From the NCBI GenBank assembly GCA_002256025.1, contig NKIB01000273.1, positions 1 to 34,005 of the forward strand: DNA of 34,005 bases, in the 5' to 3' direction. A program made the translations under genes and the position numbers. The notes under the pieces were generated by a model. That model was not told the DNA's origin, did not search any database, and saw only the letters and a program-made list of their open reading frames with translations. Below are positions 1 through 10,103 of this stretch, one piece after another; within the stretch, counting starts at the first letter, position 1, and every line of letters begins with the position of its first letter. Origin of the DNA: Asterionella formosa (lineage: Eukaryota).

Positions 1-149
1 GATGATGTCTGCGATGCTTGAATCTGAGATTGAATCATATATTGTTGCCCACACGAGGGGCTGTGTCTGTGATGACCACGAATTGATTTAAAAGGACCTT
101 TACCACAGAATTTACATTTGTCCTCGTCGTTATTGTCACACAGATCCAT
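1..149 (-). CDS. 5' end of a gene with an N-terminal C2HC-type zinc finger, running off the window; possibly a CMC/Plavaka-type transposase
   Basis: ATG at 149 opens a frame with no stop to base 1: MDLCDNNDEDKCKFCGKGPFKSIRGHHRHSPSCGQQYMIQSQIQASQTS, containing C-x2-C...H...C. It is not in the ORF track. The transposase call is an inference from context. Confidence 0.55.
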   Translation of the reverse strand, partial: MDLCDNNDEDKCKFCGKGPFKSIRGHHRHSPSCGQQYMIQSQIQASQTS

Positions 150-626
150 GATATTTACTGTCGTTGCAGTGCTGTGTTGGCGAGAGAAAAATAAGAATAA
201 CCGGTAGCTAAAATAATGGACCTTGTTTGGCACATATTTGGCAAACAATACTACCTGGTACCATCCTCATCAGTATACATAATTCCACCAGTGTTGATTT
301 TGAGTAATATTAATCACGTAAAAAATTGGGTTGCCTACAACTGGCTAGTAGTACATTTACCTAGTACCGGTAATAACCTACATAACATGAAAACTGGGAA
401 GAGGGAGCTTTTTTACCGGTAAGTGTGAGTTCTTCATGTGATGTGTACAACCGTAAAACTTTGATCTCAGATGGATGACATTAGACACCACAAATATCCT
501 TACTATTTCATTAAGTAAAATGCGTGTTGTGAATGTATTAGCCTCAAGAGCAGGATCTTAGTTGAACTTTCAAATGAATTATTTGAAACATCAACTAATT
601 CAGTCTTGCGTTCAAAATTCATTGTG

Positions 627-709
627 AAAACTTCACATGAAACAGTTAAAACTTCACATGAAACCGTTAAACTTCACATGATACCGTTAAAACTTCACAT
701 GAAACCGTT
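627..709. repeat. Tandem repeat, 4 x 20-21 bp (AAAACTTCACATGAAACCGTT)
   Basis: Units start at 627, 648, 669 and 689, differ from the consensus by 0-2 bases and have no spacers. Confidence 0.95.
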
Positions 710-825
710 AAAAGTAACCTTTTTACGTGAAGAGTGGCATTAACGACTATAGCTCAACGTTGGCAGGGTTTGAAGAAGAGGAAAGTACATCGGTAATCTT
801 AATATAGCCCCAGAAGTTAACTTTC

Positions 826-948
826 GGCGAGAAACTGCAGAAAGGAACTTCGGTTTTTTTACTAGGCCAAATAAACGAGTTGGCCCAGTAAAATCCACTT
901 TTTTCAGCGTAGTTAAAAAACTGAAGTTCCTTTCTGCAGTTTCTCGCC
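826..948. repeat. 123-bp MITE-like inverted repeat
   Basis: 39-bp arms at 826-864 (GGCGAGAAACTGCAGAAAGGAACTTC...) and 910-948 are reverse complements with 2 mismatches, around a 45-bp spacer. No clear target-site duplication. Confidence 0.8.
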
Positions 949-1292
949 AGATCCTATATCCTGACGATATACAGCGTTGACCTATACCACTAATTTGTCA
1001 GAAGACTGTATCTAAGCATATGGAAAGGGTGTATATTGGTGGTAGCTCCGTTTAGCGATATACATTTACGTTTTTCTCGTAAGATGTGTAGGTTTGACTA
1101 CTCTGACTCATTAATATTTTTAAACCCTACCTCGAGCTAGGGGTTCAAATGCAGGAACCTTAATATTGCTTTACTGTAATAACCGTGGTTATTTGTCGTC
1201 TCAAGTCTGACTTGGTGGCGTCAGACTTTGGACTCAAGTCCAGACTTGGTATAAATAACCTGTACATATATTCAGAGGTGTGCGTTACCAGA

Positions 1293-1322
1293 TACCTGGT
1301 ACCTGGTACCTGGTACCAGGTA
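1293..1322. repeat. Chain of four overlapping TACC[A/T]GGTA units
   Basis: TACCTGGTACCTGGTACCTGGTACCAGGTA read directly. A similar 3-unit chain lies at 28617-28639. Confidence 0.95.
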
Positions 1323-1530
1323 TCATGTATGATATGTTTGTACACATGGTAGAAAAGTGTAATTAAAATATACCAGGGTACCTGCTTTATTTAATACCGG
1401 TGTGAAAAATAATAAATATTATTTATGACGTCGTTCTGCAGATTTCGAAATCGTCAGGTATGGCATACGAACGGATTTTGTGTATGTAGAATCTCAGCTG
1501 TACGTAAATGTCAAAGTGTCCGGTAAAACT

Positions 1531-1618
1531 GAAATACTACCTGGTACCAGGACTCAAGGGTCACAATCACTACGGAAATACTACCTGGTACCAGGACTCA
1601 AGGGTCACAATCACTACG
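1531..1618. repeat. Perfect 44-bp direct tandem duplication upstream of the ARM gene
   Basis: GAAATACTACCTGGTACCAGGACTCAAGGGTCACAATCACTACG occurs at 1531-1574 and 1575-1618. Confidence 0.95.
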
Positions 1619-1697
1619 AGGCGAGGTGTAAAAGGCGTTTCAAACAAAAGGTCACTTTTCCCTCAAACAACCATGCCAATCAACGAACAAATCAAAC

Positions 1698-3215
1698 ATG
1701 ATGCCGACGACTGTTTCATACTCCCCTACCCACTATCATCCTGAAATTAGGACTGCGAGTGGCGTACAAGCAGAGCTCGTGAAGCATGGAGTATATTACT
1801 GTCCTACTCACAAAGACATTATGCTCCACACATCGACATGGAACATTTTTCGATGTAAGAGAACGTGGACGATAGTCCGAGAAAGCTGTCATATATGTGA
1901 TGATGATCGTATGAATAGAAAAAATCCTATTGATGCAACCATTAAAAAGATGCAAGATCAGCGTAATGAGGCTAGCATTCAAGAAGATGGTCTCATCGAG
2001 CTTCAGAACTTGGCTGCTATTAACAACCAGGATGAGATTGCTACCAAAGGAGGTATCGATGAGATTCTGACTGCTATGAGGAACCATTCATCCAATGTTA
2101 CTCTGCAGCAACATGGTCTTGGAGCACTTGGGAGTTTGACTGTGAATAATAACGAAAACAAAAAGAAAATGGCTGAAGCAAACGGTGCCACTGAGATTCT
2201 GGCTGCTATGAAAGATCATTCATCCAATGTTACTGTGCAAAAATATGGTTGTAGAGAACTTTTGAACTTGGCCGTGAATGACAAAAGCAGGGCTGCGATT
2301 GCTGGAGCAAAAGGTATCATTGAGATTCTTACTGCTATGAAAAGTTTTCCATCCGATGAGGATGTGCAACACTATGGTTGTGCAGCACTTGGGAACTTGG
2401 CCGTGAATGACTGCAACAAGGTGACGATTGCTGCAGAAGAAGGTATTACTACAATTCTGTCTGCTATGACGATGTCCAATGTTAATGTTCAACACTATGG
2501 TTGTTTAGCACTTGGGAACTTGGCTTCGAATAACAACAACCAGGTGACAATTGCTGAAGCAGGAGGAATCACTAGAATTCTGTCTGCTATGAAAAATCAT
2601 TCATCCAATGCTAATGTGCAAGAATATGGATTTGCAGCACTGGCGAACCTGGCTGTGAATGACAACAACAAGAAGGCGATTGTTGATGCAGGAGGTATCC
2701 ATACGATTGTGTCTTCTATGCAGGAGCATCGATCCAATGCTACTGTGCAGATCCGTGGTTGTAGAGAACTTTTGAACTTGGCTGTGAATGACGGGACCAG
2801 GGATGCGATTGCTGGAGCAAAAGGTATCATTGAGATTCTTACTGCTATGAAGAATCATTGGGGCAATGTTCATGTGCAACACTATGGTTGTGCAGCACTT
2901 TGGACTTTGGCTTCAAATGACAACAACCAGGTGGCGATTGCTGACGCAGGAGGTATCAATACGATTTTGTCTGCGATGAAGAATCATTCTTTTAATGCTA
3001 CTGTTCAAGAATATGGTTGTGCAGCATTTGGGAATTTGGCTGTGAATGACGACAACAAGAAGGCGATTGTTGACGCAGGAGGTATCCATACGATTGTGTC
3101 TTCTATGCAGGAGCATCAATCCAATGCTACTGTGAAAAAATATGGTTTGACAGCACTGTTGAAATTGCCTGTCAGTGACAATGAAAGAGGGAAAGGTTTT
3201 TGGGAGCTGATGTGA
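1698..3215 (+). CDS. Armadillo-repeat protein (about 10 x 43-aa repeats) with an N-terminal CxxH...W...CxxC module
   Basis: 505-aa ORF with ATG start. Repeat consensus is GGIxxILsAMknHssNanVQxyGcxAlxNLAvNdnNkxxIaxA. The N-terminus contains YCPTHKDIMLH...WTIVRESCHIC. Confidence 0.9.
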   Translation: MMPTTVSYSPTHYHPEIRTASGVQAELVKHGVYYCPTHKDIMLHTSTWNIFRCKRTWTIVRESCHICDDDRMNRKNPIDATIKKMQDQRNEASIQEDGLIELQNLAAINNQDEIATKGGIDEILTAMRNHSSNVTLQQHGLGALGSLTVNNNENKKKMAEANGATEILAAMKDHSSNVTVQKYGCRELLNLAVNDKSRAAIAGAKGIIEILTAMKSFPSDEDVQHYGCAALGNLAVNDCNKVTIAAEEGITTILSAMTMSNVNVQHYGCLALGNLASNNNNQVTIAEAGGITRILSAMKNHSSNANVQEYGFAALANLAVNDNNKKAIVDAGGIHTIVSSMQEHRSNATVQIRGCRELLNLAVNDGTRDAIAGAKGIIEILTAMKNHWGNVHVQHYGCAALWTLASNDNNQVAIADAGGINTILSAMKNHSFNATVQEYGCAAFGNLAVNDDNKKAIVDAGGIHTIVSSMQEHQSNATVKKYGLTALLKLPVSDNERGKGFWELM

Positions 3216-3242
3216 AGATTCATTCATCCAATGCATATATAT

Positions 3243-3330
3243 CACTATGGTTGTACAGCACATTTGAACTTGGATGCTGACAACAAGGTAGTGATTGACA
3301 TTGCTTGTGGAATAGTCACAACTATTTTTT
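3243..3330 (+). pseudogene. Degenerate ARM repeat downstream of the stop codon (copy at 10221-10308)
   Basis: Translates as HYGCTAHLNLDADNKVVIDIACGIVTTIF. A similar remnant (..DNKVAITKGAGGIVT) follows the LRR-ARM gene at about 8853-8925 and 15831-15903 on the minus strand. Confidence 0.7.
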
Positions 3331-4207
3331 AATTCATATTTAAACTTGGCAAGAAGTTCCCATTCCTTTTGTTGGGAATATCATTTACTACAGTCATGCT
3401 CCTGCAACTTTTAGTCCTTCAAACGTTGTAGGCAATTTAAAATAATTATAAAATGAAGATTCATTTAGCTTTTGTTTCCTGAGCTAAATTAATATTTTCA
3501 AATGGATGCCAATCAAATGATGCAAAATGGCTGAGGGGTTGATCACTTTTGTTTCAAAATTTTCGACGTCTTCACCTTAGCAAATCCTTCTCTTGGCAGC
3601 TTTCTAATATTTTGATTGTGAGCGATGACCATTCCAAACCAGCTGTACTACAGGTGTACAAACATACTACTGTAAGTCAACCAAATGTCAGGAGCTGTGA
3701 TGCACATCCAGTGCTCATTTTCTTGTCTTGTGCTCGCGAATTCGTGTTGATCAGGTCATAATGATCTCATTGCTGGCCTAACATTTCATCGTGGTTCCTC
3801 AAATTCATTTCTTTCTTTTGCCTTGTTGCACTAACACACTCTACTAGTGTATGAAGGCTTCCAATTCCAAATAAACACAATACATCAGCCGCCAATAATT
3901 ACTTATATAAACAACCATGTATACAAAAAGACTGTCTAGTATGCCCTGCAAATACATATATGGCGGAAATAGAGGGCGGAATATATCTAAATTTATTTAT
4001 TTATTTGCTATACCAATCCCCACTACCAAAACAAACCAGAAACATCGGATGCTATACAATCATGTCAATATGAAAAATATTTGACCAATGCTTATATTTC
4101 AAAGACCAATATAATATCACCTAGCTACATTCACCAATACATACGTCCAGAGTACAGTATTCAACAATCACTACCGGTTTTTTTATGATAAACACTATAT
4201 TGTTCCT

Positions 4208-4445
4208 AACAACATCAACAAATAAAGTAAAAAAAGATCCAAGTTGGACTGAACTTGATCTCAGTTATAATTCAAGTGGTGATGATGGTGCCAAGGCCAT
4301 TGAAGAGGCTCTCAAGGTCAAAACTGTCTTGACTAGTAGATTTGCTTGATCTCTGGAATAATTTAATAGGTTTAAATGGCGCCAATGCATTGCGGAGGCC
4401 CTTGAGGTCAATACCGTCTTGACCACACTCAATCTAATTTATAAC
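4208..4445 (+). pseudogene. Frameshifted RI-type LRR cassette (about 3 repeats)
   Basis: Reads KKDPSWTELDLSYNSSGDDGAKAIEEALKVKTVLT / LDLWNNLIGLNGANA / IAEALEVNTVLTTLNL across two frameshifts and matches the LRR units of 16288-18834. Confidence 0.85.
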
Positions 4446-6560
4446 TCTTAATAATTCAAGTAGCTTTTATAGCTCATTTAAAGTAACTCTAAATTGCATT
4501 TGTGCCCTGAAGGCCACTGGTGAGAATTATGACAATCTTAAACGCCCGTGGTCTCCTGCCATCAGGCTATTCCCACCAAGGGGCCAGTCGGACTTGAGTT
4601 ACACCCAGTATCCTCTAATATTGTCTGATATTGTTGCCAATAGAGACATGTGATATCAACTGTCGCTACCCACATTCGTTTCTGGCATACAGTATGTCTG
4701 CGTAAGCAGCGTACCCGGAGTGAGAGAACCAACAGAGAAGCAAGTACCACAAGGAATGGAACAATCTTGGTTGTGACGGGGATACCGATCGCAGATTTTT
4801 CAATCAGGAAAAACGTGTTTCTATGGCGTATTTCATGTCTGTTCAAGAGACAATGGAAGAGTAAGGAAAAACTCTTACTGGTTAGATACTTTGATCATGA
4901 TGACAAAGGCGAGGAGAAGATACTAGATGACAGTGTCTATGTGGTCCTAGATTCTGGCTTGTTTAACAAAACATCATTTGAAACTTCAAGGAAATTTCGG
5001 AATCATATGCGATGATTTTTATGGAAAACTCACTTTCCTTGAGATTTTAGACTACATCAGAAAGACAACAATATGCCACCAAATGCACCCATGCACTACA
5101 TCCAGACTGGCAACCATGTCCTGTTTCAATATTTCCAACTCCTTACTAGATAAATGGGACAAATCACTTTTCTCCTCGACCTGTTCTCTCTGAGGAAGTT
5201 GATGGGATTAGGCTGTCCTATATATTGCCTCTGATGTTGCCAAGAAAGAGATTTCTTAAAACAATGGGATAGTACAATGTTATTAAGCAAAGTTTCAATT
5301 GTTATTTCGAGCCCCCTGCTATTCAAGGCTCATTTAATGCTACTATTTCTTGAATGAAATGAAGACAAGCTACTTCCTGATTAGTGATGTTGCGGCTCTA
5401 ATTCTGCAGCATACAAACGTTCTCGCCAATAGCCAGTCAATGAGAATGGAAGACCCATGATTAAGGTCATGAGCAACAAACTGCGCCGCCATCTGGTCCA
5501 TCTTCACTTTGATCCACATTTCATCTTGAAGAATAGATTCGACATACAGATCGATGTTCGCAATGGGCGAATTATGATCAAAAGGTATTATTTTCTTGAT
5601 TTCGGTTGGAATTGGAATCGGGTATGGCCTTCAATGCATCGTTCTCCAATTCTGTTGTATAAATTGACCAAAGCTTTTGATTTCGAGTAACAAACAAACA
5701 ATCAAACTTCGCCAGCATAATTCCCAATCAATATCGACACCCTATCATTCGTTATAAGACTGAGATCATCGTCGTCCCCGCAAGAAGGTAGCTTGTAAGG
5801 GATTCAACGAAGAAAGCACATGGCTTGTAAGAAATTCGATTACTGATACTATGCAAATGGAGAGATAATGACGAATTGGATCAAAGCATGTACCGGTAGA
5901 GCATTCAAATCGGAATGGAAACAAGGAACGCACTGTTGTTGCACAGAATTCATTCTGATAGAATCGTCGGGTACAAGGTTTACATACACGTAAGGTGATC
6001 TGTGTAAAGTCATAACCTTCGCTAAAACAATATTTGATCAAAGAGCAACAGCTATTGGTAAATCAAACAAACAACGTTTCAATATATCAAAACATTTGAT
6101 TACTAGCAGATTAGTTTTGATAACTAATATATATGACCACACCGACACGGTCATTGATATATCAAAATTATCATCAACATAACACAACATTTGATCAATA
6201 TATCAACAATTTTGGCTAACCGATTAAATTTGGTAACTAATATTTACGAGTTCTTATATACGCATAACCTAACATGTGTATGCTACTAACCTAACGTACA
6301 AATTTGATTGATCATACAGACACGGCCGTTGACATATCAAAACTATCATCAACATATCAAAATATTTGAATAATCAATCAGTTTTTTAACTTATGCTGAG
6401 TAAAACGTTAGATCTAATTGAAAATCTATTCACAGACGAAAGAGAATTTGCAAGGCTATTACATGATCCCACTTATTCCCAACACCATATTCGTTGTTTT
6501 TGGGAAAGTAATAGTCAATTCATTGAATCAAATTCGAATTTCATTTTTTTTATTCCGGCT

Positions 6561-6697
6561 AGCAGCACAAGTAAGAAACCTGTCGGGCTGATCGGTATCA
6601 ACAGTCCTGTCATTTTTATATTCTGAGAGATGCATGAAAGGCTGGGGAAGTTGAATTTGCCCTCTATCTTAATTTCATTGACTTGTATTGAGAGTAA
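6561..6697 (-). pseudogene. Dispersed ~135-bp copy of the 3' coding end of the 645-aa gene (duplicate at 13539-13675)
   Basis: AGCAGCACAAGTAAGAAACCTGTCGGGCTGATCGGTATCAA...CATTGACTTGTATTGAGAGTAA aligns to 23253-23387 and to 22897-23031. Confidence 0.9.
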
Positions 6698-7248
6698 TAT
6701 GTTTGAGGGAAGCCATCACAATCCTTTTTTCTTGGTTTAGAAATAGCCTGTAAATGCATCTGCTGCTCGATTTTTTCAAGGAATCCATTCATCACTGTTT
6801 GTTTCTCCTTGTTTGTTGAAAGAAACTTTATTGATAATGCTGTGCAGGAGTTCACCGCATCAAGGAATGATTTAGTGATGGCATAAACAGATGGTTAAGA
6901 AACTCAATAGACATGACTAATTTCTATGAGGTTTCCGCCTGCAAGCCAGCAAAGTCTGATGGCAAGGATCAACTCAGGATACATATGCTGATTTGAGCTG
7001 TATAAGCCGGAACTTGCATTTGATTCAACAACATTAAGTGTGATGGAAGGTCGAAGGAGTTCCAGTAGTTGATTGAAAGCTTCAAAAGACATGCGATATT
7101 CATGAAGAAGCTTTGTGACATGACCATTCCAGTAAATTTGTTGATGCTCCCATTTGGGAATTCGCACTGGCTTCGAGTTTTGTTCATAGGACTCCAAAAA
7201 TGATAATGCAACTGCTGCAATTAACAAAAAGCTCTGTTGTTCCCCCAC
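6691..7248 (-). mobile_element. Truncated, stop-containing PIF/Harbinger-like transposase (N-terminal half)
   Basis: Motifs YRMSFEAFNQLLELL, PELILAIRLCWLAGG, FLDAVNSC..LSIKF and KPRKKDCDGFPQTYYS resemble the Harbinger/HARBI1-type N-terminal region. In-frame stops occur near 6904, and the sequence ends before most of the catalytic core. Confidence 0.75.
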
Positions 7249-8955
7249 TTCAATATCAAGATTGCCAACAACATCTCAACTGTAAGGTTCTTCCGGTCGA
7301 TTTGTCATTGTTGTTACAGTAATGATAATTTTCAGAAAAGTTGAATAATTGAAGCGCACATTGCAAATATTTTTGCCAAGTCTGATGCACATGTTTGCAG
7401 AGACATGAAGAAAACGGCTAACAACTGTTTTGCCATTACAGAGATATATTTGTGAAATGTATCTCTGTAAAGATTCATTTTTTTCTGAAGATACAACAAA
7501 ATTAATTTGTATCTCTGTTAAGATTGGTCCTCAGGGATGTATGTATTATTTACCTATCGTGCTATGTATAAATACATACCGGTAAGCAATTTAACAGATA
7601 GTGGTGGACTTTCTTGCCTACATCATATGGTACCTGGCACCGTCATATGTTGCCATGTGCTCACAACCATGTTTCAGTTAGTGGTTTGGTTTGGAGGTAG
7701 ACTAGGGGTGGTGATCTATAGTATGAGGGTTTACCATATTTTTGACGATTATGATTGTATTACCAGATTACCAGTATACCCGGTACCAGGTGTGCTACTA
7801 CCGTACGCATCTGGCATGGAAATCCACCATGTCCTACTATCCACACTGTAAATCTAGTGAAGCTCACATTGAATTAGCTTCTAGTACTGCTGCATTGAAT
7901 GATATATTATTATATACGTTAATATATACTATTTATAATATTATCATGGAAGATTGTATACTATAAGAAGCTATTAATGTCGTCTGACCTTATAGGGCAT
8001 TCTCGCGGTCAGGTCATAAATCTTTATTGGGATACTAGGAGATATAAACCGACCCATTGAATGAAAAAGAAAAAATATATAACCTGGTAACTTTACCCCA
8101 ATAACGTCAATAACCCATAAGCAAGTACCCAATAACGTCAATATTTCCTTGAGAATCAAAATTTTGACATTATTGGCCAAGTAGACATTTTCTATCCCGG
8201 GTTTACCAAAAGAAATGCCTACTTTTAAGTGAATTCATATGAATTTTACATGATTGGGGATGAATTATGACTAAACCTTTTTGGAATCCCAATATGGTCA
8301 TTTTTGACATTGGTTTTATTTACTCCAAAACGGTCAAGCGTACCCAAATAAGGTAAATATTGGTCCCCTTTGTAGTCGGCGGGGTACCAGCAACTTATGT
8401 ACAATACAGATTGAGCATACCATTGCCATTGGAGTCTTGGCCATCATTATTGGAGGTGTTGTTGTGGCTTCTCAAATAAACTTAAAATGGTGGACAGCAA
8501 GGCACTTTGTTGTTGGATCAAAGCTCACTTGAGGAACAAGTTGTTGTCCCAGAAAAGTTCGATGTTCCATACCATAAGATGCTACTGCTAGTTTGGACTT
8601 CGACAATTGGAGATGAAAGGATGACATGATGGGTGATCATACTGCTACTGCTACTGCTACTGCTACCACTAATAGTGATGATTTTGGTTTTGATGATGAA
8701 TGATATGCATCGTTTAAAATCAAATATGAAATCATTACTGTGACAAATGTTATTGCCAAATGAATGAAATGCAAATGCAAAGGCCATATTTCTTGCAAAG
8801 ACAAACCATGGATGATTTTGCATAGAAGCATCCTTGCAAATATTCCAAGAAACATTGTGACTATTCCACCAGCACCTTTGGTAATTGCAACCTTGTTGTC
8901 AGTATAACAACCCAAGTTCCTAAGTGTGATCGACTATTTTCTTGAACACCAGTAT

Positions 8956-10103
8956 TCAAAGAATGATTTTTGTAGTGATACCTCCTGCTGCAGTAATTGC
9001 TGCCCTGAAGTAGTCATTCACAGCCAAGGTGTTCAGTGCTCCACAACCATATTTTTGCACATAAGAATTGCACAAATGATTCTTCAGAGCAGACAGAATT
9101 GTAGTGATACCTCCTGCTGCGACAATGGAAACCTTGTCATTGTCATCCACAGCCAAGTTCCAAAGTGCTCCACAACCATAGTGTTGAACATTAGCATTGC
9201 AGGGATGCTTTTCCATAGCCAACACAATTGCAGTGATACCTCCTGCTGTAGCAATCCTCACCTTATTGTTCTCATTCACAGCCAAGTTCCAAAATGCTGC
9301 ACAACCATATTGTTGAACATTAGCATTGGATGAATGATTCTTCATAGCAGACAAAATTGAAGTAATACCTTTTGCTTCAACAATCACCACCTGGTTGTTG
9401 TCATTCACAGCCAAATTCCCAAGTGCTCCACACCCAAAATGTTGAACATTAGCATTGGATGAATACTCCTCCATAGCAGACAGAATTGTTGTGATACCTC
9501 CTGCTTTAGCAATTTTAACCTGGTTGCTCCCATTCACAGCCAAGTTCCAAAGTGCTCCAGAACCATACTGTTGAACATTTGCAATGGATAAATGCATTGT
9601 CATGGCAGAAAGAATCGTAGTGATACCTCGTACTTCTGTAATTGCCACCTGGTTTTTCTCATTGAAAGCCAAGTTCTGAAGCTTCATCAGACCTTCTTCT
9701 TGCATGGTAGCATCGGATAAATGATTCTTCATAGCGGACAGAATTGTAGTGATACCTCCATCTTCAACAATCATTTCCTTGTTGTTGACATTATTCACAG
9801 GCAATTTCTGAGGTTTCATAAGACCTCCTCGCACATTTTTCATAGCTGCCTTCATCATAGACTGACATCTTGAAATGGGATCAGTTGAATTGATAGTGCT
9901 TGCTGTTGGAGTTGTTGGGAACAAAAGAGGCATTGTACTTGTTGTTGTTGAAATTGGCTGAATTGTGATGGATGATGGATTGCGGTTCTTGTTTGCATCA
10001 AAAAGAATTTGAATTTCATTTCTTAAATCATCACCAATTGAATTGACACTGAGATCAAGTGTTGTCAAGACAGTATTGACCTTGAGAGCATCTACCAACA
10101 GCT
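8956..10103 (-). pseudogene. 5'-truncated copy of the LRR-ARM gene (last LRR plus intact ARM array)
   Basis: 380-codon open frame beginning at the duplication junction, where 10104-10102 reads an in-frame TAG. The track's start is TTG and the first ATG is at 9933. It could encode an ARM-only protein if transcribed. Confidence 0.8.

Larger units (their letters stand above)
1..736 (-). mobile_element. Putative terminus of a CMC (EnSpm/CACTA-like) DNA transposon
   Basis: The minus strand from 736 reads CACTCTTCACGTAAAA..., followed by a 21-bp tandem array (709-627) and then the Zn-finger ORF start. The other end is not in the window. Confidence 0.4.
3127..10103. repeat. Tandem segmental duplication, copy 1 (period 6978 bp)
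   Basis: ORFs recur at +6978. Identity begins at 3127/10105 (CTACTGTGAAAAAATATGG) and ends at 10103/17081 (GCATCTACCAACAGCT). Confidence 0.97.

Noticed and set aside
627..709. CRISPR-like array
   Set aside because: Units are directly adjacent with no unique spacers, the context is eukaryotic and there are no cas genes.
1716..3263. Minus-strand ORFs over the ARM gene (likewise plus-strand ORFs at 8926-9333, 17021-18970 and 30795-32291)
   Set aside because: Antisense shadows of repetitive or low-complexity coding sequence.
4562..6041. Several 66-121 aa ORFs (and their copies at 11540-13019)
   Set aside because: Short, overlapping, mostly non-ATG starts and no recognisable motif. They may be a decayed gene or TE, but I cannot support a call.
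6030..6380. AT-rich degenerate repeats (GACACGG.C.TTGA.ATATCAAAA.TATCATCAACATA twice)
   Set aside because: Real but only two diverged copies, with nothing indicating function.
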